Origin: an uncultured Methylomirabilota bacterium
GTDB taxonomy: Bacteria; Methylomirabilota; Methylomirabilia; Methylomirabilales; 2-02-FULL-66-22
Length of the DNA stretch: 64,000 bases
Direction of reading: 5' to 3'
Assembly: GCA_963845565.1 (NCBI GenBank)
Contig: CAWJSJ010000001.1
Coordinates: 832,001-896,000 of the forward strand
Under the pieces are notes generated by a model, which saw only the letters and a program-made list of their open reading frames with translations, searched no databases and was not told where the DNA came from. Below are positions 1 through 8,590 of this stretch, piece after piece. The position numbers and the translations under genes were made by a program. Position 1 is the first letter of the stretch, and the number at the start of each line of letters is the position of its first letter.

Positions 1-626
1 ACCGGTCCCAGGTCGCGCTGGATGAACTCTTGGACCTCACGACCGCGCTCCCCCACCAGACCGATGACATTCACGTCGGCCTCGGTGGATCGGGCAATCA
101 TCCCGAGGAGCGTGCTCTTGCCCACTCCGCTTCCCGCGAAGATGCCCAAACGCTGTCCCCGCCCGCAGGTGAGCACGCCGTCGAGGACGCGGACGCCGGT
201 GGCCAAGGGTGTGCGGATTGGCTGTCGACTCATGGCGGGCGGCGGCTGGCGAAGCACGCCCACGTCGGACCCTGCGCTCAGCTCCCCTCGTCCGTCGAGG
301 GGCTCTCCCAGTGGACCGATCACCCGGCCCAGCAGCGCGTCGCCCATCCGGACGCGTACGGGTTGTCCGGTGGTCCGGATCCGGTCGCCGGGCGCCACAC
401 CCGTCAGGTCGCCCAACGGCATCAAGAGTGCCCGGGTCTCATTGAACCCGACCACCTCGGCCAGCAGCGGCGGCCCCGCCCGCCGTGCGATGCGGCACAA
501 CTCCCCCACCGGTGCGGTAACACCGCGCGCCTCGACCGTGAGGCCGGTCACGCGGGTGACCCGGCCCGCAACCACCATGAGGGGCCGATCGCCGAGCCGC
601 GCCGCGAATGTGTCACGCTCTACCAC
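1..626 (-). CDS. fliI: Flagellar export ATPase FliI, N-terminal part (runs off window start)
   Basis: Absent from the ORF track because it has no stop in the window. Manual minus-strand translation from GTG 626 gives MVERDTFAARLGDRPLMVVAGRVTRVTGLTVEA...LAEVVGFN...RGQRLGIFAGSGVGKSTLLGMIARSTEADVNVIGLVGERGREVQEF (Walker A and GERGRE). It overlaps the fliH stop. Confidence 0.95.
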   Translation of the reverse strand, partial: MVERDTFAARLGDRPLMVVAGRVTRVTGLTVEARGVTAPVGELCRIARRAGPPLLAEVVGFNETRALLMPLGDLTGVAPGDRIRTTGQPVRVRMGDALLGRVIGPLGEPLDGRGELSAGSDVGVLRQPPPAMSRQPIRTPLATGVRVLDGVLTCGRGQRLGIFAGSGVGKSTLLGMIARSTEADVNVIGLVGERGREVQEFIQRDLGP

Positions 627-1288
627 GGGTGCTCCCGCAACCGCCGCCGGGCTTCCTCCAATTGCGCCGGAAACGTCGCATCCACCATGGAGTGCGGAGT
701 CTCCACCACGCATCCTCCCGCTGGCACCGCCGGATCGCCCACGATCCGGAGATGCTCCGCTTCCGGGGCCGCATCCTGCAGCGCGTCACGATGGGCGTGG
801 AGCAACGCGACCGCTTCGGGGTGGATCCGGATCGCGACGTCCCCCGGCGTGGGGAGCAGCGCCAGCGCCCCTCGTACGATCGTGAGGATCGCGTTCGGAT
901 CCCGCGCGATCTCGACCTGTAGGATACGCTCCGCGACCGCGAGGGCGAGGCTGACCACCATGTCGTCCGCCTGCAACCGGAATTCCGTTTCAAGTGCCTT
1001 CAGACGTTCGGCGGCTCTCGACACACTCTGGGTTAAGTCACGCAATCCGTTCTGCGCCTCGGCAATCGCCTCGGCCCGCCCCTGCACCAGCCCTTCACGG
1101 TGTCCGGCCTCCATGAGCGCCGATGCCTTGTGTCGGGCGGCTTCCATCAACGCCTGCGCCTGGCGCTCGACCCGCTCTAATGTGGCGTGCGCGCCCGCCG
1201 CCGCCTCTCCCGGTGTCGTGGCGCGCCGGGTGAGTTCCGGGAAGATCGCCGGGGTCGTGTGAAGGGCTTGCCACAGAACGTTGCTCAT
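620..1288 (-). CDS. fliH: Flagellar assembly protein FliH
   Basis: AxxxG repeats (EAGHREGLVQGRAEA), IRIHP and GGCVVET C-terminal motifs; lies between fliG and fliI. Start chosen at ATG 1288 after GGAG. Confidence 0.9.
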   Translation of the reverse strand: MSNVLWQALHTTPAIFPELTRRATTPGEAAAGAHATLERVERQAQALMEAARHKASALMEAGHREGLVQGRAEAIAEAQNGLRDLTQSVSRAAERLKALETEFRLQADDMVVSLALAVAERILQVEIARDPNAILTIVRGALALLPTPGDVAIRIHPEAVALLHAHRDALQDAAPEAEHLRIVGDPAVPAGGCVVETPHSMVDATFPAQLEEARRRLREHPW

Positions 1289-1309
1289 GTCACTCCGCAT
1301 CCGGCGGGG

Positions 1310-2344
1310 TCAGACTACGATATCGTCCTGGCCACCGCGGCCCTGGACGATGATTTCTCCGGACTCCTCCAGCCGCCTCACCACTTCCACGATGCGCCGT
1401 TGCGACTCCTCCACATCCCGCAAACGCACCGGCCCCAGATACCCGATCTCCTCCTTCAGAAGGCCCGCCGCACGCTCGGACATATTCTTGAATATTTTGC
1501 CGCTCACCTCCGTGCCGGACGCCTTCAGCGCCAGGGCCAGGTCGCGCTGGTCGATTTCCTTTAAGATGCGTTGGACGCCACGGTCATCCACGCTGACGAT
1601 GTCCTCGAACGTGAACATCAATCGTCGGACACTCTCGGCCAATTCCCCGTCCTGTTCTTGTAGCGTCCCCAGGAGTGACCGTTCCGTGCTCCGGTCCAGT
1701 CGGTTCATGATCTCGGCCACGGACTTCACCCCTCCCGAGATGGAGACCTCCTGCGTGAAGAGCGAGGACAGACGATTTTCGAGGATCGTTTCGATCTGCT
1801 TGATGACCTCCGGGTTCGTCTTGTCCATCGTGGCGATCCGCAGGACGACGTCCGACTGCAAATCGGACGCAAGCTCCGAGAGGATCTGAGCGGCCTGCTT
1901 CGGATCCATGTTGGAGAGGATCAGCGCGATCGTCTGCGGGTGTTCACGTCGGATGAAGTCCAACAGGTTCTTCGGGTCGACTTTCTTGACGATCTCGAAG
2001 GCGGCCGGCTGCAGCTGCCCCTTGAGCCGTTCCAGGATTTCCCGCGCGCGCTTTGGTCCCAGGGCCCGTTCCAGCACCTCGGATGCATAGCTCAGTCCGC
2101 CCTGTGCGATGTACTCCTGCGCCAGGGCCATCTGCTGGAACTCCTCCAGGATGTCTCCCGTGGTGTCCGCCGCCACGTTGGGCAATCGACTGATCTCGGT
2201 GGTGAGTTCTTCGATCTCGTCATCGTTCATGGTCTTGAAGATCTTCGCAGAGATCTCCGCCCCCAGACTGATCAGAAGAACCGCCGCCTTCTGCGTCCCG
2301 CTCAACTGGTCGGTGCTGAGTTTCAGCGTGGCGGTCATCGTCAT
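1310..2344 (-). CDS. fliG: Flagellar motor switch protein FliG
   Basis: LSGTQKAAVLLISLG, EHPQTIALILS, MFTFEDI, LGPVRLRDVEESQ. Confidence 0.98.
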   Translation of the reverse strand: MTMTATLKLSTDQLSGTQKAAVLLISLGAEISAKIFKTMNDDEIEELTTEISRLPNVAADTTGDILEEFQQMALAQEYIAQGGLSYASEVLERALGPKRAREILERLKGQLQPAAFEIVKKVDPKNLLDFIRREHPQTIALILSNMDPKQAAQILSELASDLQSDVVLRIATMDKTNPEVIKQIETILENRLSSLFTQEVSISGGVKSVAEIMNRLDRSTERSLLGTLQEQDGELAESVRRLMFTFEDIVSVDDRGVQRILKEIDQRDLALALKASGTEVSGKIFKNMSERAAGLLKEEIGYLGPVRLRDVEESQRRIVEVVRRLEESGEIIVQGRGGQDDIVV

Positions 2345-2354
2345 TGGGCCTTTC

Positions 2355-3992
2355 CTAGGTCCGCTTTCGAAGCATCCAGGTTCGGATGAGCTGCGCCATC
2401 TGCTCTGGGTTCGATGAGGCGATGCCCACGACCCGGCTCTGCAGTTCCTCCCGTTCGCGCCCCTTGAGGATCTGCGCCGGATTCAACGCCGCCGCCGCCT
2501 TGGCGGCCAGTTGCGCCTCGATGGCGGCGCCCGTGAGCGCCGGCTCGGTGAAGTCCAGCCGACCACCCACCGACGGACGTCGGCGTAACAGATTGGCGAC
2601 CAACGGTCGCAGGCCGAACAGGCCCACCAGCACCACCGCCAGCCAGATGGCAACCTGCCGCCCTGCCGACCACCAGAAGCTCACGCGTTCCGCGCGCTCC
2701 GCCACCACGCGCTCGCGTTCGACCACTGAGGTGTCGAACGCCAACTCGGCGACCTCCACCTCGTCGCCGCGGGCCGCGTTGAAGCCGACGGCACGCATCA
2801 CGATGGATCGGATCTTCTCCAGCTCCTCTTTGCGACGTGGTATGGGAGTTTTCTGGTCCGTCCCATCGGGTCCCGGGGTGAGCTTGTACGGCGGATCCAC
2901 GAGGACGGCAACGGAGAGCCGCTTCACCTCACCGGCAACCAGCGTGCGGCGCTCGACGACACGTCCCACCTCGTATTGAATCGACTCCTGCTCCTTCGCC
3001 GTCTCGTTGCTCGACGTCGTGCCCGCGGTGTTGCCCGGCGCTGCGCCGATGTTGCTGGCAGTTCCGACGAATCCGCTGGGCCGCGCCGAGGCCCCCTTGC
3101 TCGACTCGCTGCTTCGCTGCTCGCTCTTGACGACCGTGTTGGGGTCCACGCGTTCCTCGGTTCGCTCCCCGTGCGAGAACTCGACCTGGGCCGAGACCCG
3201 GACACTCGCCTTGGCGACCCCTAGCACTTCGTCCAGCATTCCCTGCACCCGGCGCATGAGCTCCGTCTCGACCGTGGCCTGGTAATCGAGCTGGCTGGCG
3301 GTGCCCGCGCCGAGCGTGCGGTCCGTCCGCTGGGACAGCATCCGGCCGGCGGAATCGATCACGGTCACATGATCCGCCTGGAGGCCCTCGACGCTTCCGG
3401 AGACGAGGTGGATGACCCCTCGCACCTGTTCCGGGCTCAACCGGGCCCCGGGCCGAAGCCCGATCACCACGGACGCCGTGGTGGGTCGCTCACGGTCGCT
3501 GAAGACCGACGGCTGCGGCATCACGATGTGAACCCGCGCTTGCTGCACCTCGCGGATCTGGCCGATGGTGCGCGCCAGTTCCCCCTGAAGCGCCCGCTGG
3601 TAGTTGAGCTTTTGCACAAAGTCCGTGGCCCCGAAACTGGCCCGGTCGAAGAGCTCGAAACCGACTCCGCCGCCCTGCGGGAGACCTGCGGTCGCCAGCT
3701 TGATGCGGGTCTCGTGGACCAACCCGGCCGGAACCAGGATCCGCGTCCCCCCATCCTCCAACTGATAAGTGATCTTTCCAGCCTTGAGCTGCTCGATGAC
3801 CTGCCCCGCATCGGCCGGGTTCAGATTCGCATACAAAGTGGTCATATCCGGTCGATGACCCCACACGCCGACCAGGAGCAGGACCGCTACACTCACCCCG
3901 CAGACCCCCAGGAGCGCGATCTGCTGCACGCGAGCGAGACCGTTCCACACCCCCCGAAGTTGCTCGATGGCTCGCTGAATGGATTCCGGCAT
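2355..3992 (-). CDS. fliF: Flagellar MS-ring protein FliF
   Basis: N-terminal TM, GVGFELFD, YQRALQGELARTI, ARVHIVMP, RLSVAVLVD, C-terminal TM. Confidence 0.97.
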   Translation of the reverse strand: MPESIQRAIEQLRGVWNGLARVQQIALLGVCGVSVAVLLLVGVWGHRPDMTTLYANLNPADAGQVIEQLKAGKITYQLEDGGTRILVPAGLVHETRIKLATAGLPQGGGVGFELFDRASFGATDFVQKLNYQRALQGELARTIGQIREVQQARVHIVMPQPSVFSDRERPTTASVVIGLRPGARLSPEQVRGVIHLVSGSVEGLQADHVTVIDSAGRMLSQRTDRTLGAGTASQLDYQATVETELMRRVQGMLDEVLGVAKASVRVSAQVEFSHGERTEERVDPNTVVKSEQRSSESSKGASARPSGFVGTASNIGAAPGNTAGTTSSNETAKEQESIQYEVGRVVERRTLVAGEVKRLSVAVLVDPPYKLTPGPDGTDQKTPIPRRKEELEKIRSIVMRAVGFNAARGDEVEVAELAFDTSVVERERVVAERAERVSFWWSAGRQVAIWLAVVLVGLFGLRPLVANLLRRRPSVGGRLDFTEPALTGAAIEAQLAAKAAAALNPAQILKGREREELQSRVVGIASSNPEQMAQLIRTWMLRKRT

Positions 3993-4016
3993 TGCCCCTG
4001 AACTCCCGTCGCCGGC

Positions 4017-4313
4017 TTAGAGCGGCGTCCGCAAGACTTCCTGGTACGCCTCCAGGAGTTTGTTGCGAATCTGGAGCGTGAGTTGGAAACCCAGATTCGC
4101 TTTTTCGACCGCGATCAACGTTCCGGCCACATCCCGGGATCGTCCCAGACTGAACTCCTGCACGGACGTATCCGCTACGTGCTGCAACTCGCTCACCTGT
4201 CCGAGCGCCTGACGCAGGGCTTCCCCGAACCCGGCGCCTCCGGTCCGAGCGCCGGGTGCCACCGCCGCTCCAGGCGACGTGATCCCGATTCCCGCAACGC
4301 GCATGTCGCTCAT
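4017..4313 (-). CDS. fliE: Flagellar hook-basal body protein FliE
   Basis: FGEALRQAL...EKANLGFQLTLQIRNKLLEAYQEV. Confidence 0.96.
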   Translation of the reverse strand: MSDMRVAGIGITSPGAAVAPGARTGGAGFGEALRQALGQVSELQHVADTSVQEFSLGRSRDVAGTLIAVEKANLGFQLTLQIRNKLLEAYQEVLRTPL

Positions 4314-4400
4314 TCCTTCACGACTCCTTGCCGATAACTCGACTGACCGGCACTCGGCCGCGACGCATTGTGTGCCGTCGCGGCACGGTCCGCTCCCGGT

Positions 4401-4829
4401 TTAACGCCCGATCTCCAGTGCCTTGTTGCTCATACTCTTCGCCGCCTGCACGGCGGTGACGTTTGCCTCGTACGCGCGTGTGGCGGCCAACAGATCCACC
4501 ATTTCCAGCACCGGGTTGATGTTCGGCAGCATCACGAACCCTTCGGCATTGGCGTCGGGATGGGCGGGCTGATGGATCATCCGCAACGGTTCCTGGCTCT
4601 CCTCGATATCCAGGACCTTCACCGATGTCGCCTGGGCGGCGCTCAGCGCCTGACTGAATGGCGCCAAGGGCTCCGCGCCGAAACGGACGAGTTTTCGCCG
4701 ATAGGGGCCGCCGGCTTCCGTCCGGGTGGTTTCGGCGTTGGCGAGGTTCTCGGCCACGACGTTCAGTCGCGTCCGCTGCGCCATCAATCCGGCCGCGCTG
4801 ATATCCAATGCGCCGAAGTCGTTGTCCAT
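4401..4829 (-). CDS. flgC: Basal-body rod protein FlgC
   Basis: ISAAGLMAQRTRLNVVAENLANA, GGPYRRK, HPDA, RAYEANV. Confidence 0.97.
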   Translation of the reverse strand: MDNDFGALDISAAGLMAQRTRLNVVAENLANAETTRTEAGGPYRRKLVRFGAEPLAPFSQALSAAQATSVKVLDIEESQEPLRMIHQPAHPDANAEGFVMLPNINPVLEMVDLLAATRAYEANVTAVQAAKSMSNKALEIGR

Positions 4830-4879
4830 GCCCTGATCTCCTCTGCGCCCACCCCCGCCCGACGCCGCAGTCGCTACCC

Positions 4880-5251
4880 CTATCCCCTATCCCGAATCGC
4901 CGTTCTCATCATCGCGAAGCGCCCGGCCAGGATCTGCAGCATCGCGTTGTGCCACCCGGTGTTCTGCGCGAGCTTCACCATTTGCCGATCAAGATCCACG
5001 GTGCTGCCATCCCGGCGGACCGGCGCGTCCGGCTCCGCGGCAACCGTGGCGCGCGCACCGACGACGGACGGATTCGCCGCCGCTCCCGCCCGCGTCGCGT
5101 CATCCAAGACGGCGGAGAACGTGACGTCCTGCGCCTGATAGTCCGGTGTCTCGGCGTTCGCGAGATTGGCCGCGAGGACCCGGTGCCGGAGAGCCGTTCC
5201 CTGAATCATCTCACCGAGAAGGCGGCTGGTCGGATCAAACAACAGGCTCAT
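4880..5251 (-). CDS. flgB: Basal-body rod protein FlgB
   Basis: RHRVLAANLANAETPDY, RRDGSTVDLDRQM; ATG 5251 follows GAGAGGGAG. Confidence 0.93.
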   Translation of the reverse strand: MSLLFDPTSRLLGEMIQGTALRHRVLAANLANAETPDYQAQDVTFSAVLDDATRAGAAANPSVVGARATVAAEPDAPVRRDGSTVDLDRQMVKLAQNTGWHNAMLQILAGRFAMMRTAIRDRG

Positions 5252-5357
5252 GCTCCCTCTCTCCGAGGTGTGGGCGGCAATCCGGCGCCCCTCGCGCGGC
5301 ATGCTTTGCCGCCCCGACCCACCATCCTACCTGCGGAGGGCAGCAGCGCCGGCGACA

Positions 5358-5723
5358 TCACGTCCCCAGGATCTGGTCGATCTTTTTCTTCAGGGTTGCC
5401 GCGTCGAACGGCTTCACCACGTAGTTGGTCACGCCCGCCTGCATGGCCTGGAGGATATTCTCCTTCTCCGCCATGGTCGTCACCATCAAGACCGGTGTCG
5501 CCTTGAACGCCGCATTCCCGCGCATGGCCGTCACGAACTCGATCCCGTTCATGACGGGCATGTTCCAGTCCGTAATCACGAAGTCCACGCTGTCGGCTTG
5601 GAGGCGTGCCAGCGCCCCCTCCCCGTTCTCGGCCTCCACGGCGTCGTCGAACCCCGCCGCCTTGAGGCTATTTCGGATGATTCGCCGCATGGTCGAGGAA
5701 TCGTCCACCACCAGGAAGCGCAC
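5358..5723 (-). CDS. cheY: CheY-like single-domain response regulator
   Basis: FLVVDDSSTMRRII, ITDWNMPVMNG, LMVTT, YVVKPF; GTG start after AAGGAGGGAG. Confidence 0.9.
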   Translation of the reverse strand: MRFLVVDDSSTMRRIIRNSLKAAGFDDAVEAENGEGALARLQADSVDFVITDWNMPVMNGIEFVTAMRGNAAFKATPVLMVTTMAEKENILQAMQAGVTNYVVKPFDAATLKKKIDQILGT

Positions 5724-5774
5724 GGCCTCTCCCTCCTTTTGCATATGTGGTCGCTCGCGGTCACCGTGGCGTTG

Positions 5775-5790
5775 TGCAACCGCGATGCCA
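5775..5790 (-). promoter_or_regulatory. Sigma54 -24/-12 promoter for the cheY-flgBC-fliEFGHI operon
   Basis: Minus strand reads TGGCAT-CGCGG-TTGCA, matching consensus TGGCAC-N5-TTGC, ~50 bp upstream of cheY. Confidence 0.8.
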
Positions 5791-5915
5791 GATGGATCGA
5801 CGGCTGAGGCGCCGACGGAGTGGCGACATCCTGCGGTGTTCTACTGAGGCGCGTGAGGGATGGGGGCCGTCGATGGGTCCAGCGGCGGCAAGAAATTCAC
5901 CGGGCGGGAAGAAAA

Positions 5916-7271
5916 CTACCGCGGAAGGTTGAGTTTGGCTCGCAGGGTCTGTCGGGTGATCCCCAGGATCTCGGCCGCCTTCGTCTTGTTACCGCCCACG
6001 CGCTTCAGCACGGCCGTGATGTACGCCTCCTCAACCTCGTGAAGCGGCTTGGGAAATAGGCTGCCGATGTTCGGGCCCTCGGCCGGCCCGCTGGGCCGCG
6101 CGCCCGAGATCTCGGGGGGCAGATGGTCTGGCAGGATGAGGTCGTCGTTTTCCAGAATGGTGATTCGCTCGATGACGTTCCGCAGCTCGCGGATGTTTCC
6201 CGGCCAGGGGTAGGCGGCCAATAATCGCTCGGCGTCCGGCGAGAAGCCCCGAATCGTCTTCTTGAACATCTGGTTCGCCTGTTGGAGGAAATGCTGTGCC
6301 AGGGCCAAGATGTCCTCTTGCCGCTCGCGGAGCGACGGCAGAGGGATGTAGATCAGGTTGAGCCGATAGTAGAGGTCCTTTCGGAAGTGGCCGGCTTTGA
6401 CCAATTCGAGGAGGTCGCGGTTGGTGGCGGCGACGACCCGGACGTCCACGGGAATGTCGTGCGTACCGCCGACACGCCGAAAACGTCGTTCCTCCAGAAA
6501 CCGCAGAAATTTTGCCTGCAGCGGAAGCGCCATCTCGCCGATCTCGTCGAGAAAGAGCGTTCCCTTGTGCGCGACCTCCGCCAGTCCCTTCTTGGCCGCC
6601 TTGGCGTCCGTGAAGGCCCCCCGCTCGTGACCGAAGAGTTCGCTCTCGAACAAGGTCTCGGAGATGCCGGCGCAGTTGACCTCCACCAGCGGGTACTCGC
6701 GCCGGGGCCCGCTGTAGTGGAGGCCGCGGGCCACCAGTTCCTTCCCCGTACCGCTCTCGCCGTGGATAAGAACGCTCAACGCTTCACTGGTGGCCACCTG
6801 CTTGACGATCTGTCGCAGCCGCTTCGCCGCCCGTGACTCGCCGATGAGTCGGGTGGTCTTGTGACGGCCCTCCTCCAGTTCCTGCAGCCGCCGGTACTTC
6901 TGCGCCAGAGCGGAGGACTCCAGGATCCGCTGAACCACCAGTTTGAGTTCGTCCAGGTCGAACGGCTTGCAGAGATAGTCGCCCGCCTGCGCCTTCATGG
7001 CCTCCACGGCGCCCCGCACTTCGCTATACGCAGTCATGATGATAACCGGCACCTCGGGCGCCAGGCGTTTCATTCGCTTGAGGACCTGCAGGCCGTTCAG
7101 GTCCGGCAGGATCATGTCCAAGAGAACCAGGTCACAGCTCACTTCCTGGAAGCGCTCCAAGGCTTCCTCCCCCGCACCCGCCTGGAGCGTGGCGTGCCCC
7201 TCTCCCTCCAGCGTGTCCTGCAACAAACGCCGCAGGTTCTTCTCGTCGTCCACAATCAGGATAGTGCTCAC
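5916..7271 (-). CDS. Sigma54-dependent response regulator (REC-AAA+-Fis HTH; NtrC/FleR/FlrC-like), probable flagellar activator
   Basis: ILIVDDE, LLDMILP, GESGTGKE, ESELFGHERGAFTDA, LFLDEIGE, WPGNIRELRN, GNKTKAAEILGITR. Confidence 0.93.
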   Translation of the reverse strand: MSTILIVDDEKNLRRLLQDTLEGEGHATLQAGAGEEALERFQEVSCDLVLLDMILPDLNGLQVLKRMKRLAPEVPVIIMTAYSEVRGAVEAMKAQAGDYLCKPFDLDELKLVVQRILESSALAQKYRRLQELEEGRHKTTRLIGESRAAKRLRQIVKQVATSEALSVLIHGESGTGKELVARGLHYSGPRREYPLVEVNCAGISETLFESELFGHERGAFTDAKAAKKGLAEVAHKGTLFLDEIGEMALPLQAKFLRFLEERRFRRVGGTHDIPVDVRVVAATNRDLLELVKAGHFRKDLYYRLNLIYIPLPSLRERQEDILALAQHFLQQANQMFKKTIRGFSPDAERLLAAYPWPGNIRELRNVIERITILENDDLILPDHLPPEISGARPSGPAEGPNIGSLFPKPLHEVEEAYITAVLKRVGGNKTKAAEILGITRQTLRAKLNLPR

Positions 7272-7281
7272 AGTCGTCGAC

Positions 7282-8439
7282 TCACGGTTGAACTCCCCTG
7301 CCGGTCGGGCATCCGGCTCCTCGATCGCCCCGGGCCTGCGGGATCCGGAGGATGGCACGACACCCCTGCCCACCGGCGTCTTCCAGACGGATCGTCCCTC
7401 CGTGCGCCCAGGTAATGGCCTGGGCCAGGGAAAGGCCGACTCCCAAGGCGCGCGGGCGCGTGGAGAAGAACGGTTCGAAGGCGCGCTGCCGCGCCTCCGG
7501 CGTCAAGCCTGACCCGGTATCGCGCCACTCCACCTCGACCCAGTCGTCGGAGACATCCGGCACGCCTCGAATCGCCCGGACTTCCACGGTCACGGTTCCA
7601 CCGTCCGGCATGGCATCCTGTGCATTCTGCAGGATCTCCGCATACGCCTGCGTCAGGCGGCCCGGGTCTGCGCAGAGCGTGGAGACTCGCGGATCCCATG
7701 ACGACAGAATCCGAATTCGTCGCGCTCGGCAGGCGGGAATGGCGGTATCCAGCAACCGGCCCAGCAGACCGGGGAGGTCCACCCCATCGACAAGTTGTAG
7801 ACCGCGCGCTCCGAGTCGGCCAAACTCCGCCAGCCGCGCGAGGAAGCGTTCGATTTGCTGAGCTTCCTCCTGAATGATCGCGGCGTACTCGCAGGCCGTT
7901 CCACCGCCGCCGAGCACCCGGACCAGCATCTGGCTACCCGCCAGAACGCCGGACAGCGGGTTGCGCAGTTCATGGACCAGGCCCGGCATCAGGAGTTGGA
8001 GACTCGTCAGGAGAGTCGCTTGGCGCGGTTCGGGTGCGGACCGGGCGCGTCGCATCAGTCGCTCGACCGCCTCTGCCGACACGGGGTCTTCCAGGTAATC
8101 CAGCGCCTGCGCGCGCATCGCCTCGACGGCGTCTGCCACGCGTCCGGGGGCGCCGATGACCGCCACCACCAGGTTCGGGGCCTGCTCTCGCAAACGCCGC
8201 AGGCGTTCTCCCATCGCCACCGCGTCCGGCCCCGTCCGGAGAATCGCCAGCAAGTAATCGGCGACCCCCTCGCCCGTTGGCACGGAGGGCGTCAGGGTAA
8301 CGATGCAGCCTTGTGCCGCCAGCAACTGCCCGAGGTCGTCCGCGCGATCGTCCGACCGACTCGTCACGACCAGAACACGGTCGCGTACCACCGCCCGACC
8401 CGCGTCCCCCGACGTTTCGGCATTGGCGCGCATCACCAT
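7282..8439 (-). CDS. Cytoplasmic histidine kinase with an N-terminal degenerate receiver domain (FleS/FlrB-like position)
   Basis: H-box LVHELRNPL, N-box EILQNAQDAM, DTGSG, FEPFFST, GVGLSL. The N-terminal REC-like region ends AVEAMRAQALDYLEDP and lacks the acidic pocket. Confidence 0.85.
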   Translation of the reverse strand: MVMRANAETSGDAGRAVVRDRVLVVTSRSDDRADDLGQLLAAQGCIVTLTPSVPTGEGVADYLLAILRTGPDAVAMGERLRRLREQAPNLVVAVIGAPGRVADAVEAMRAQALDYLEDPVSAEAVERLMRRARSAPEPRQATLLTSLQLLMPGLVHELRNPLSGVLAGSQMLVRVLGGGGTACEYAAIIQEEAQQIERFLARLAEFGRLGARGLQLVDGVDLPGLLGRLLDTAIPACRARRIRILSSWDPRVSTLCADPGRLTQAYAEILQNAQDAMPDGGTVTVEVRAIRGVPDVSDDWVEVEWRDTGSGLTPEARQRAFEPFFSTRPRALGVGLSLAQAITWAHGGTIRLEDAGGQGCRAILRIPQARGDRGAGCPTGRGVQP

Positions 8440-8486
8440 TCGCCCCCACGTAGATCCGCATCGCGGTCACCGAGAATTTGGGTCGA

Positions 8487-8515
8487 ATCATTTCAAGAGC
8501 GGCGGGAGGTGTCAA
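8487..8515 (-). promoter_or_regulatory. Putative sigma70 promoter for the kinase/sigma54-activator pair
   Basis: Minus strand TTGACA-N17-AATGAT upstream of 8439. Confidence 0.55.
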
Positions 8516-8590
8516 GAGGGTGCGGTCGCGAGATGCGGAGTTGTTCGGTTCTGCGTGCCCAAGGAGTGGCGTGGGTCCGGCGGCCGGCGC

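Noticed and set aside
6595..6650. GAFTDA instead of GAFTGA in the sigma54 activator
   Set aside because: A common natural variant among NtrC-family activators; not evidence of inactivity or novelty.
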